A stretch of DNA of 64,000 nucleotides, taken from contig CM120646.1 of the NCBI GenBank assembly GCA_051362555.1, forward strand, positions 20,956,001 to 21,020,000, read 5' to 3'. Below the pieces are notes generated by a model. It saw only the letters and a list, made by a program, of their open reading frames with translations, made no database searches and was not told where the DNA came from. This DNA is from Lingula anatina. Taxonomy: Eukaryota; Animalia; Brachiopoda. Positions within the stretch are counted from its first letter, which is position 1. Each line of letters starts with the position of its first letter. The translations under genes were made by a program, and so were the position numbers. This document shows positions 12,541 to 25,700 of this stretch, piece after piece.

Positions 12541-15500
12541 TGATAGGTTGTACCTTAGTTGTTCTTCGTCTTGGGGCTTTAAAGGAAATCAGATAAAGCT
12601 TTTTTTTTAATACACAGTCTTTCTGTTGTTATTTAAGCACCAGTATGAGGGCTGTGACAGTAATTTATCTTTTAGGTCACTAATCACATGTTCATTTTTA
12701 CTCTGTACACCAAAGTGTTAAAATTTCAGGATTTTCCATTTTTCTTGAAATTTATTCTTTTCTCAAAATTCACATTTTTTATTCAGTATTACTTAAGCAT
12801 TCATTTTTTTATTTCAAATCTGTCAGTTTCTTTAAGCGAAAGGTAATTTTAAACTGTGTATTTAAACTCTGTTGCTCAGAGTTACCAGTGCCAAAAACCT
12901 TGGGACCTTCTTAATGTCTGGTACATCAAGTTCTGGTAATCTACTGCCTGAGAGCAGAAATGGTGTCCAGTAACTGAACCATTACACCCAATTTCTCTGA
13001 GTTGGCTAGAGTTTTACAGGCATTTGGTGCAGAGTCAGTGCTTGCTTTGCGGACTGGATCAAATAATTGTGTCAACAGATTTTCAAAGCTTACTTTTTAA
13101 CTGATAATACCCTTTGATATTTCAACAGTATGATTGACCTAGTAACTCTCTGCTGATGCTACACTTCAAATGGAAAAATAATCCGTTATGAACTCAGTAC
13201 CATGGTGTACAAACTGAATTGGTGGTACCCACCCAGAGAATGGTTCTAAGCTCTCCGAACTGCCGGATAAATTAACCATTAAGTTTTGTTATTAAATATG
13301 CTTTTTTCAAAAGAGTCCAGAATTTGGCGCCAATTGAAAAGGTCTCGGAGAGATATTTTTATGTGCATGCTGGGAAAAACTCAGATATTTAGAAGTGGAT
13401 TTTGTAGATCCTATTTGGCCAGTCCTTTATATTTGTTACAATAGGCTTGTGTCCATCTTTGTTAAACTTCATTTCTTTCTTTTTTTCCTTACAGAGAACT
13501 ATTGGCAATACAAATCATTTAACTAAACATTCCAAATAGGTTATTAAGATTATTGGGATAAAAATTTGGAAGATTTTAGTTTTGGTGCTCTTTGTATAGT
13601 TGTCCATTGACATTATTATTTAAGGATGAATAAAACATGACAAAAAATTTGTCTTTTATTATTTTTTTTAAGGGGTACATCACAAATTAGTTTTACAAAA
13701 TATAAATTGTGTCTTGTCCACAACCTGTTTTTTGTTTTTCAGGAGAATAAACTGGCCATCAAAGTGAGGATAAATCAAAAACATTTCTGGAAGACTGCAC
13801 TCTTTTTATTTCAACATTAATATCTGGCCTAATACTTGTAATATGAAGTCCTGTGTAATATAACTTCTAGTTACACAATCTACTAAAAGCAAACTTAAAT
13901 GCATTATCCTAACACCACCTGAAAATGACTACACTTCTCATTCAATTTTTAGATCAACCTAAGACCAATGATAAGCAAATATATGCCCCTTATGAGCTAT
14001 AAAAAGGATTTTTTTTAAATTTTGCAAAATATTGCACGTATCTGGGTACTTCAGCTCAGGAATTTAACAAATTAGAGTGAATACCTCACCCAACCTTCTG
14101 GCTTCTTTGCAAAAAGCAAAACAGAATGTTTGGAAAATGTTGCCTTTTACAGTGACTGTAGTAAATTTAAAGGAAACTAGGCATCAAAGCTGTCAAATGG
14201 ACAGATATGTAAATGCCAAAACTGATGACAATGAAACATACTAATGTCTTGCTGCATTCATCTTGCCTCAAAAAAAGATATAATTGCATACATAATGTTT
14301 TCTTCTGTAAGATGTGAAACAAATGCAAGCATATATGAGACAACTTACTTAGCTTAGTGCACAAAATAACTTGAAATTTCTTTAACTTGTGCATCTATTA
14401 TATTCATGATAACTTTTACTTTTTATTTTCCAAACATGATTTCATTGGCACTGGGAAAAAACCCTGAATAAGTGTTAATAATTACTAAGTGAACACATTT
14501 TGTTCAATAAACCATAGTTTTGTTATTTCATCTTTTACAAGCGAGGATTTAGCACTGCTACATACTGCAGCATGCCTGGTCTCTGATCCACTTTTGACAC
14601 AACTTGGATTACTGACACATTTAGTTGACTTTGGGTTTATCTTAATACTCAGGATAGGAAAACTATACATGTATTTAACCTTTCTGTAAAAAACTTGTGT
14701 CACCGAAAAGCCTTTCTTCATCTAAAAAAAAGAAAGACAACTCTTCCCCTCCAACAAGTGTGGAAACTACAGAAACATACATAGATTGCTTAAATTCCTA
14801 GCATGCTATTGGTAAAAGGGGGCCCTGAGCTCATTTGCTGTCTCCAAGACTTATTTTACCTCAACTGGTCACTGCCATTATACAGGAATGTATGGGATGG
14901 GGGGGATTCTGTCAGGGCACCTGCACTTTTATCAATTAGGCTTTTAATGATGAAAATATTACATCATGCCTGTACACCTATCAATATCATGTTAACAAGA
15001 AATCTCTTAATGTTTACAAACCATTATGCAATGAATAAATGAATTACCTAATACTCTACATTTAGACGATTCTGTCTGTCATGATATATAAAAACTGACA
15101 TGAGAAAAATGTATAAGCTTGCTGTATTTTATGTGGCAATGATAAAGAAATATTTTGATGTAAAATCCAGCTTTACTCTGATCAAATACTCTGACTGCTA
15201 ATAGTTTTTACAATAAATTTAAGCTGCCATGCCATTTTTGCACTGAAAGATTAAAGGTATACAATCTGTGTTAAAAAATGTCTGGAAGGCAAATTTTCTG
15301 TCTCCATATTTTTAAAAAATACCTATCTTTGAAAATTCAGAGCTTGAAGATAAAAAACCCTCCAAATTAAAATACCTGATGTTGATAATTCTTTCTGAAA
15401 TGTACTGGAAAGCCTGGCAGTGTTAGTGACTAGCCACTCATTTTCAACTAATTTATCATTCTAGAACTAGATTAAATATTGAATCCAAGTGTTTAGAGAA

Positions 15501-15631
15501 GAAAAAATGCTTCCTTTTCAGGAAAATTTTAATCAAATTGGCTGGTAAACCCCAGATAGAATACCTTTAATCACACTCATACGTGTATTGCATAACCTGA
15601 ATTAAACACTTCATGACCTTCAATTACAAAT

Positions 15632-17069
15632 CTATCTTTCATTAAATCCTGGCATAGGGAACTGTCCAGCAAACTCTTCCACTTCCTTCTTGAGGCTTTT
15701 AATTTTCCCTTGAATGGCATCATCCTCCAGGAGGAATGCCTTGTAGTCCTTCAGAAGACCTGGCAATGGATAAATTAAGACCAAGCTTAATGTCAAAATA
15801 TTTCTATTTCAAGGTCCAAATAATACTTTTTTAATTTTTCTAGACTGCTATGTCTAACATTCATCTCCATGCCCTAGATTTCAATTAGGATGCAAATTAT
15901 CTTACAAATAACTTCCTATTATAAATTCCTTTTCTTCAATTTTCTGTGACATTCAATTAGTTGTGGGACCTGGTCAAATACTGAAAAAGGAAGCAACTGA
16001 AGCACAGTACCAGCCTTTTTCAGAATTAACCAAGTGAAGACCAATTTAAGAGGGCTTCGGTCCACTGAGAATAAATAATCACTATATACATGCAATATTT
16101 AGGCTAACCATTCATTCTTGGGATCTATGGCATTTACATTTTACATGACAAAACAAGTAACAGTTGTCTTACGTGTCTGACTTTGTGCTTCTAATCCAAT
16201 CTGTGTTGCTCTGTCGATAAAATCCACCACTTGGACAAATTCCTTTTCCTTCATGCCTCTGGAGGTCAAGGCAGGTGCTCCTGTACACATAATAATAATA
16301 ATAATAATAGTAATAATTTATTCAGCCAAAAAATAAATATATATAATTCTTGTGAGGACTGAAATATAGTTTTTTATAAAATTTTGTTCCAAATTACTTT
16401 ATTCTCACCTTCAAAACACTTTCCAAAAATTCAACACCTTGGAATCATGAAAGATTTGACAGAAGAAGCAAATTCTAATTCATTGCAGAAAGTCAAATTC
16501 TGTGACCCAGTCCTGAGGCACATGTAATATTTTGTGATCTAGTTTTGTGACCTACTAACCCAGTCTTAGGCCACCAGGGGTCATTGCACTCTTATCCCCT
16601 GGACAGGTGTTCTTATTGGCTGTAATATTACACAGCTCACACACCCTCTCTATCCTGGCGCCATCTGTCCCCTTGGGTCTCAGGTCCAGCAGACACAGGT
16701 GGTTGTCAGTTCCTCCTGGATACAGAACAATATATAGGACATCATTTCAAACACAGAAAGGGGTGATTTCTGATGGGTACTATCTGGTGTTAGCTTTAAT
16801 TATTGATTAAGTATAACATGTAGTGTAACACACCGGAATCCTAAACTGTACCAAATTGGCACAACGAAACCCTTCAGTATACCAATCTATGTATATCAAT
16901 CCTAAACTGTACCAATTTCATTGAAATCATTAACTGTACAACAAATCTAATGCATTAAAATCCTTAACTGTAGCAATCTGCATGTAACAAGTTGAAATCC
17001 TTAACTATATAAATGCTGGTACATGCATGCCTTTGCATGCATGCCTTTGCATGCATGCACAAACACGTG

Positions 17070-17138
<69 letters not shown>

Positions 17139-19372
17139 CTGACACAATGGAATACCCCCTCTCCAGCAGAGCATGTGACATGGCATTAGCATTCTTCAGC
17201 ACCTGAAGCTGGTACTCCTTGAACTCAGGGCTCATAGCCTGCAGGAAACAAATACATCAATTAGACATGCTAGTGACAAAATATCTGGCCTGCAAAATTG
17301 TAACAAAAGTATTTAACTATGGTTTCTTTAATTTTCATGTTTGACTTGTGAATGCTTCAATAATTAAGACCAACTTTGCAAAAATATTCTGAAGTTTCAA
17401 ATTCTATTCAATTAATGGGTTGGTGGGTGGGGGGTGGAGGGTTACCTGTAGACTTACCTGTTTCAGAGCCACTGCAATACCCCCTATGTTGTTTTCATGG
17501 GGGCCTCCCTGAAGACTGGGAAACACAGCAAAGTTGATCCTGGACTCGTAATCATACATGATCTCCTTTCCAGTCTTTTTGTTCACTTCTTTCACTCCTC
17601 TGCGGAAGAACACCATACCTGCCCTTTGGTAAGAAGAAGTAGAGTAAGATGAGAGAGAAATAAAAAATGGGACCTTAAAGTACCTGTTAGTCTATTTTGC
17701 TACTCAATAATGTTGCTGTCATATCACACAGCTGCTAAAACAAGAACTTCAAACAAGTAATTCAAAACCATTCACTACCTAAATGATACTGGAAAAACAG
17801 TAACTGTAACAATGTTTGAGACACAGTTTGACCCGTTCTGACATATTTCACAAAAATATTATTTCTGATCTCAATATAGGGAAAATTGTAGCCATTAAGC
17901 TATATATTTATTTCCACTTTTTAATTTTAATAAAATCAGCATTTTGACCTCAATAAAAACTGTGCAATACTTTGCATTTCTTCTGAAAACCTCATATTCT
18001 GTTTTATACCTAGCTGTACTTTATTGTCATACATTCACCCTTCTTCTGTTTTAAATTTTTGCATTATTTCATCTAAATAATCACTAATTCAATTCCCAAA
18101 CATCCCACCTTGGTCCTCTCAGGGATTTGTGTGTTGTTGTCGTGACAACATCTGCATACTCAAATGGACTGGGAATCACTCCAGCTGCCACCAGCCCTGA
18201 GATGTGGGCCATATCAGCCAACAGAATAGCCTTGCTCTCGTCACAGATCTACAAGGAAAAATGTTTCTCTACATAATGAGTGAAAAACAAAACTAGGGAT
18301 TCATTTAGAATTTTTAACCATCCATTACAACTACGATACACAGTGTAACTTCTTTTCTTTAAGAAAAATACCTCGACTTTTAAAGCAATAATAACTCTTC
18401 CTTTGAGATTCAAAATTCCGCAAGAAATACATTGTAAACAACGCCTGAAAATATATTCTGTTGCATTTTCCCACTAAAACGACTGTTATTGTAGTAAAAC
18501 TAAAATATGTGCTTGTCATTTGGGCTTTCGATGCTTTCTTCGCGGTCGACAAGTGCATCCGTTGCTAATGACGTAATGGTGTCACGCGGATTCTCGCGTT
18601 CATTCGAGACCAAAATAACATGGCGGGAAACCCTCAGACGTAAGTTGCGAGTTTTTTACAGTGCGTCGGATAACGAAAAGCCCAGAATTGCACACATTGT
18701 AGATATAAATGCATTTTGAGCAAAAAAGACGAATATATCTTATGAATCTTATAATATTGTTATATAGTGTTGTTGTCTGCTTTTCCCGCGGTTTTAAGTA
18801 GGTCACTAGAAACTATCACTCGATACGAGAGGGCTCTGTCAGTTAAAATCTCTTAAGAGATTTTAACAAAAAACCGTACGTTTAGGAAAAAAAACCTGGA
18901 TTAACTTTGAATGCAGGAATGGGGTCGTTGACCATTGGTAAGTACGGGAAAATTGCCGTTTTTTCCAGGAAAATCGTATTTTTGGCCAAAACGAAGAGTT
19001 ATTATGACTTTAATTTATAACTTTTGAGATATTTCATTCTTTCATGTTAAAACTGAAAATCATTTCTTTCTCTGTTTAGCAAAAAAAAAAGAGTGTGTGA
19101 AAATGTTCATTGGACAATGACAGTCTTATACATATGCTCAATTGGGGAAGTGATTTCATGAATGTCATCATCAGAAATCAGTCTGTGAATACTGTACACT
19201 TCAGCGAGAACCTACCTCCCTAAACCTCTTGTAGTCCAGGAGTCTGGAATATGCACTGGTGCCAGCAATGATCAGACGTGGACGGAACAGTCTTGCAAGT
19301 TCAGCCAACTTGTCGTAGTCTATGTACCCAGTCTCAGGCTATTAAAGATAAATGTACAAAATTACATATACA

Positions 19373-19424
<52 letters not shown>

Positions 19425-22400
19425 ATATGTGCAAGAAACCTTTAAGAAGATGCATTGTTGTTTTAATTACAACTTAATAAATCTAGAAAAAGAATGAAGC
19501 CATATTATATATATAAAATAGCAAAGCCTACCACTTACATTAAGCTTATATCCCAAGGACTCGAAATAAATGGAGGTGGCAGATATTCTCTTCTTGTCTG
19601 ACATGAAACCATGGGTAAGACTGGTAACAAGATCAGAAAACTTTGATCAGGAAGAAATAAGCATAATATATGCATCATAGTAAAACTATTCAATTGAGTT
19701 ATCCAAGAGAATCAAAAAGAATCACAGTTATGTAACATACAAACAAAGGCATACTATAATTCAAACAATATCATAAAAATGCAAAACACTGTTTAAAAGA
19801 TTTGTCAATGTCTCCTGTGTGTACTGTGTGTAGTGAAGGGAAAAAAGCTAACTGTTTCTAAAGGAGACTAAATTTGGAGTAAATAATGTGATCTTGGTTC
19901 CTTAACGAAGAGTCGAAAAGTCGTACATTGAAAAACATCAACACTTACTCTCTTTAAAAAGACTTAGTATTTTACTAACTTACTTCAGTTATGTAATATT
20001 TTTATTACTGCATTCTTCCTGAAAAACTTAAATATCAGAGATATCACAAGTGAACTCACTGTCCCCCATCAGGCAGATCTAGTCCCATGATCCTGTCGTG
20101 TGGCTGCAGCAGACCTGTGTATGTGGCAAAGTTGGCTGGACTGCCGGAATACGGCTGGACATTCACGCCCCACTTCTCTGGGTCCAGACGGAATGCCTCC
20201 AATGCTCTATTCTGGCACAGAGTTTCAACCTCATCAATAAACTCATTGCCACCATAGTACCTATAAAATAACAGAAATTGATATTAACTGCAGAATTAAA
20301 CAATTTCTTGACCCTCTTCCTTTTTTTTTTCTTTTGTTTCTTTTCTATTTTCTTCTGATGCACTTGAAAAAAGTTAAAATCCAAGTCTTCTATGGTCTTC
20401 TTTCAAGTATCTAATTTTTCTGTTAGCACTTGAGAGAAGAAAAAAATTGAATAACATCTCTTGAGCTTTTCAAGATCCATGGGTTTCAATACTTGGTATT
20501 TTTCCCCATCACTTTATCAATATGTATCAAAATGTATATGTCTACTGTAATCACCTGGCCCCAGGGTATCCCTCAGCATATTTGTTAGTGAGACAAGAAC
20601 CCAGACATTCCATGACAGCCTTACTGGTGAAGTTCTGGAAATAACAGAAGAAAAATTATCAAATACATTCAATGGTAATCAGGTATGCATGGATTGAGAC
20701 TAAAAGATTTGAAGACAATATTTTGAGTTTTATTTTTATATGCAAAGAGTGATAATATAAGTACAAGAAAAAAGTAGTAGGCCTTCTTACAAGAAATAAG
20801 TTGTTATTAGGAGTTTTAAAGTGAGAACACTTTAAAATAATAGTATTTCCACATGGCACTTGAATGGTGCCCAGTAGAACTCTGATCTTGACCAACCTCT
20901 GAGGCAATGAGTTCCAAACCAGTGACTTGTCTGTGCTTTTCCTTCTTAACAATGGCCATCATCTCTGGGTCATCTTGGTCCAGTGTCTCCTGACCTGACA
21001 ATACATGGGTTATGTTCTAATTTGATCGATTTTTCATATCTTTATATTAATTACAATTACAAAAGTCGAAAATAATATTTCTTTTAAAAAGCAAGGACTT
21101 GAATTTTTTTCTTCAAACCAAAATGACATGTTAATCTTGAAAAATGCTTATGCAAATTGAAGATAAAAACAATTCAAACCCTACAAACAGGATTCGCAAA
21201 ATACATTTTGTCTAAGGTTGGTGAATTTTGACAATGCATGCTGAACTTAATTATGTTCTTATCTTTACCTGTCCATGCCTTTCTGGAGGAGGTCAAGGTC
21301 AGTGACCTCTTGAAGGTCACACCCACATTACGCTGGAGAGACTGAAAAAAGTTTGTATTTATGTATATGTGTGCTACTGTAATTAAAATTATTGAAATTA
21401 ACGCTCTCATTTACCATGACCATATTCTGACCTTCACCTTCACTTAATGTTGACTTATGTTAAGAATTAATATAATAATAATATGCTAGGCTCCAAAATA
21501 AGGGATGTGTTACTTACAGATTCAAATGCTCAATTAATACTAACAGCTACGATCATTTTTGTTCTCATTCAGCCAAAATTATTTGTATTAAAGTACATCA
21601 AAATACCTTAATTACTCTTATTTATCTAAAAAGCAAATAGAAATAAATCTATAAGTGAAAATCTTGAGAAAACTAAATGCTGTTGTTGTCATCTTGTTCC
21701 AAAACCCGTTTTAGCACAGCTCAGTCAGACAGTGATCACAATATATACAGATATATAGAGTCTGTACAGAAAATTGTCCCTCTTGTGATGGAATTTGCAG
21801 TATATTCTTCATATATTTCTTTCATTAAAACCAGTGTAAGCCCTTAATTCACCTCTTCAAATAGACATAAATGATTAGGCTTATTACTTGACTAAATAAC
21901 AGGATTATTTGGTTACTATGGATAACAAACGAATGTAAATAACAGTATCTGCTAATGCAACAGACTGCAAGGGTATAATTGTGCCACAAAGGAACCAATT
22001 GATAACATCATCTTACTTGAAAGATGGCCTTGTTTTCTTCAGAATAAATAAAACTTCCTTGTTTGATAGGTCAAAGTTTGTTTTTGTTTTAAGTTTAATT
22101 ATGCAACGTCTATACACTAAATAGTGATTATTGTTTGTGTCTTAGTGGACAGCTGTTGTACAGAAGTGGATCCTGTACAAAGTACTGTTTTCATCCAGTA
22201 TCATGGGCACTTGTCACGCAAAACAAAACTTATATAAGTATGTAAATCACAATCTGATGCAAGACTTCTCGGCCTTCTTGCCTGGGCTCTGCGACTCCTG
22301 TTTGCATAAAAACACATGAAGCCTATGGTTACTTTAGCAGTTGCAATACAGATGTATCTTTACCAGGCAACATCGTATTCTTGTTCGATCCACTTACAAC

Positions 22401-22475
22401 GTGAAAATGGGTTGCAAAGCCTAAGAATAGTGAACTTACCAACCCAAAAACTTTCCCAGCACGGACTAAGTTCAT
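15632..22475 (-). CDS. SHMT2: Serine hydroxymethyltransferase, mitochondrial
   Basis: Exons 22475-22440, 21341-21269, 20994-20897, 20634-20555, 20260-20060, 19620-19539, 19338-19216, 18248-18109, 17623-17458, 17238-17139, 16715-16560, 16280-16173, 15759-15632. Motifs [43 protein letters not shown]-lysine [28 protein letters not shown]. The N-terminus [39 protein letters not shown] is basic and lacks acidic residues before WTG, like a mitochondrial presequence. Confidence 0.95.
16836..17009. repeat. Degenerate minisatellite (AAATCC[T]TAACTGTACCAAT motif, ~6 copies, variable spacing) in SHMT2 intron
   Basis: Motif recurs at roughly 16836, 16866, 16897, 16924, 16958 and 16995. Confidence 0.6.
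17074..17138. repeat. Compound (CT)n(CA)n microsatellite abutting an SHMT2 donor site
   Basis: Directly visible. On the minus strand the donor GT is the first unit of the (GT)n run. Confidence 0.95.
18389..19004. mobile_element. Unclassified MITE in SHMT2 intron
   Basis: 12-bp terminal inverted repeat TAATAACTCTTC/GAAGAGTTATTA. CpG-richer than the flanks. Both ends are homologous to the 2353-2683 copy. Confidence 0.7.
19374..19425. repeat. (TAAA)n microsatellite
   Basis: About 13 tandem TAAA units. Confidence 0.95.
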
Positions 22476-22712
22476 GTTCGTTTCACCAGCAGATCTTGCC
22501 TGCGTGTTGCCAGTAATAGGGTCAGGGTCACTGGGTTAGGGGCCCAGAGATCTTTTGTTTTCGAAGACCCGAAGTTAAAAAGTCTCGTATTATCTCATAT
22601 ATTCTCGTATAATCATCAAATGTGAAATTGCCAGGATTTTTTTCTCGTAAGACACATTTCTCAGCCCTGAAAACAGATAAATATCAGAAAGCTGCAAAAA
22701 CCTTAACAAAAG
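22476..22712. promoter_or_regulatory. Putative bidirectional promoter SHMT2/UBXN4
   Basis: Divergent start codons with 237 bp between them. Confidence 0.65.
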
Positions 22713-25700
22713 ATGAAGTGGTTCACGGGTGGAATTCCAGAGGCCATCCTAAAAGCCAAAACCAGCCTCTCGGTATTCATTGTATACGTATCAGGTAAGT
22801 CGAGTTTCGCATTTTGATAAATGCTAATTAATTGTTAACTCAGCTAAAAACAAGGAAGGTAGAAGGGATTTCCGCCGTTTTTTACAGTCCCATTGACTTT
22901 ATACATTGCATGCAGTTATAACCCCAAAGACTTTTTACGTCTTTGGTGGCAACAAAGCTTGCTTCTGTAAGTTTTGCCCATTTGATTGGATTACATGTTA
23001 CACACTGTTAGAAGATAATCATAGGCTTTATCTTCGTGGTAGGTTATGATGAAGTCTCTAAGAAAATGGATGAAACGTGGGAGGATAGTGCAGTCAGCAG
23101 GGAGTGTGAGGAGGGTCATTGTGTTGGAATAAAACTCCAAGCTAACAGGTACAAGAGGTCACTAATTATGTCCAAGGAAGGGAAAGGAAGTAAATTCTAA
23201 TTATCAACAAGTAAAAGTGATACTAGAAATGAAATTTGTAAGGTCCTGTTTCTGTATGGAAAATCATGTTCATTTTGTACATTTTGCCATGATGATGATA
23301 AAGAAATTAGTCTCTGTATGAGAGATGTTTTTTTACCAGTGCATGATTTTTTAAAGCAGATACGAATGAAACAAAAATCTGACTGAGAATGAGGGGTTGC
23401 CTCTTGAGAATACAAAAAGGCATGCCTTTGCAATTATTTTGTATATTTTGTTGTTTCATAATATCAAAATGCATTAATTTACTTATTTCCTTTCCAGTGA
23501 AGAGTGCCAGCAGTTTTCCCAGCTTTGTATCCTTTTCCTTACCCAGGATTTTTCTTTTGACAAAGATAGCTTCCTTACTTCATTTTTAAGCCAGAGTGAG
23601 AAATGATTTTATTGTGTCAGATAACAATATTCAGGAAAAAAATACACTGGCAAAATTGATACTCTTTCTATATAAAATTATTTTCTAATCTGATTCACAT
23701 GTTTGATATACAGTGTTGCAATTTTAGTTACTTCACACATTGTATACTAACTGTCAGAAATATCATCTTTAGTGAATTCTTTAACCGACACAAAGACCCA
23801 GTGGTATGCATTCCATCTGCTTTCTTCATTGGCAACAATGGTGTACCCATTGAGATCACTGGGGGTCACATAGAACCAGCACAATTTGCAGCAAAGATAA
23901 AAAATGTTGTACAGGTGTGTATTTCTTTTGTAATTTTATATTACTTATTGCAGAAGGAAAAACTATTCAAAAACATTTGAGTTTCTCTTTCTGAATATTA
24001 TATTGAGATATCCAGTTGCAATAAAGTGAATATGGTTCTGTTTACTGGCAAGGTTAAATGGAGTGTCCTGTATTACATCATCTTTTGGTCCAAAGGCATA
24101 AGTGACCAGTGTCTTACAGAATTTCTCATGATGAGAATGAATTGTTGGCTTCATTTTAACATTGCCTAGTGAAAGAATTACTGGTACTTAACATTAACAT
24201 TCTTCACATTAATAGGATGTAGACAGAAAAAAATTATATATATATTAGAATGCTTTATATGAATTTTAAAGGATTGTTTCGAGTGTTAAAATGCATCCTA
24301 TCTGTTAACTTAGATGCACCAGTTACTCCACCCACAGCAACAACAACAACAACAACAACAGCAGCAGCTTTCTCAACCCTCCACAGAAACAGCAGCAACA
24401 GTAACAGCAGCAACAGTAACAGCAGTAGCAGGGGCCTCAGCACAAGTACTGTATAGTTTTTGTTGTCGTTTATTTTCATTACTTGTCACTTATTGCTATT
24501 TATTTATTGAATGAGAGATGTCATTATTCTGATTCCCAGATTTGAAAAAAAAAATTATTGCAAACAAGTATAATTTTTGTCTTAGTGTAGTAGTGGAATT
24601 GACTTAAACAATGAAGTTGCAAATGAACTGTCACTTTTTACTATAGAAAAAACTTATGTTTAGATCAACACTACTCAGAACTTCGGGATTAGAAAGAAAG
24701 TTGAAAAAAATCAGGTGTATTAAGAGTTATACGCCAATATAATCTCATTGCAACCACATTACTTTACAGTGCATTGCACTGCATTAAATTAATTTATGGA
24801 CCATGTAATCCTCTCTGATGTATCAGGTCCCAGCCAGCAGTGAAGACAAACAACTTGAGGAGGACTCCAGCCCAGTTCAGAGGCCTGGAGAATCAGCTTC
24901 AGATTTAGAAGCTAGAGTAGAAAGGTAAATCAAATTCTGTTTAAGATCTAAATTTTGGGAAAAAGCTACTGTAACCTGCCGTAGCCTTTGTGCATATGAA
25001 GCCAGTTGAACGTGACACTTCCTCAGAAGAATGTGAAGGTTGTTTAGTGACCTCTAATTTAATTTAATGATGCCCAGCACTTAAATTTGATGTATGTCAT
25101 TGTATAAAAGCTTTGCTGGTAATAAGGTTTAGCAATAATTGACAAGGAGTCTTGGTAAAACAATCATGATCATTGTAGTACGTGCTTGTTTGATATCATG
25201 GTGCAAAGGTATGGTTTGAAATAAATCTGGACAACAAAATTTAGAAAGGGCTAGCAAAATCTGGTGCATGATGAAGTTTAAAGCAGATACTTATTGTTTT
25301 TCTCTTAGATATGTCATGGCTCTTTATTTCAGTCATTTGAATTATTATAATTGTTTACTTCCAGAGCCAAGCAACTCATAGAAATGAACAGGATAAAGAA
25401 AGCCAAACAAAAGGAGGAGGTAGACAATTAAAATAATTAAATAAAATTAGAAAATATCCAAATGGATTAGGACATTATTGCACCGAGCAGGTGTAGATAA
25501 ATCGTAATTAATGGTTGGGGGGGGGCATAGACAAGTAATAATTGTAGTGTCTGATGCTATTTTCCACATCTAAACTTGAAAAATGTACAGGTAAAGATGG
25601 TTTTTGTTTTGCAGGAAGAGAAGAGGAAGGAAGTGGAGAGGAGGAATCTGGGTCGTGACATGGCAAGGTTCCGTGAAATGAAAGCTGAAGCAGAAGCCAA

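Noticed and set aside
23289-23386. Possible C/D box snoRNA in UBXN4 intron 2 (ATGATGA...CTGA); similar pair at 10059-10125
   Set aside because: No terminal stem or recognisable rRNA antisense element; such boxes occur by chance in AT-rich introns.
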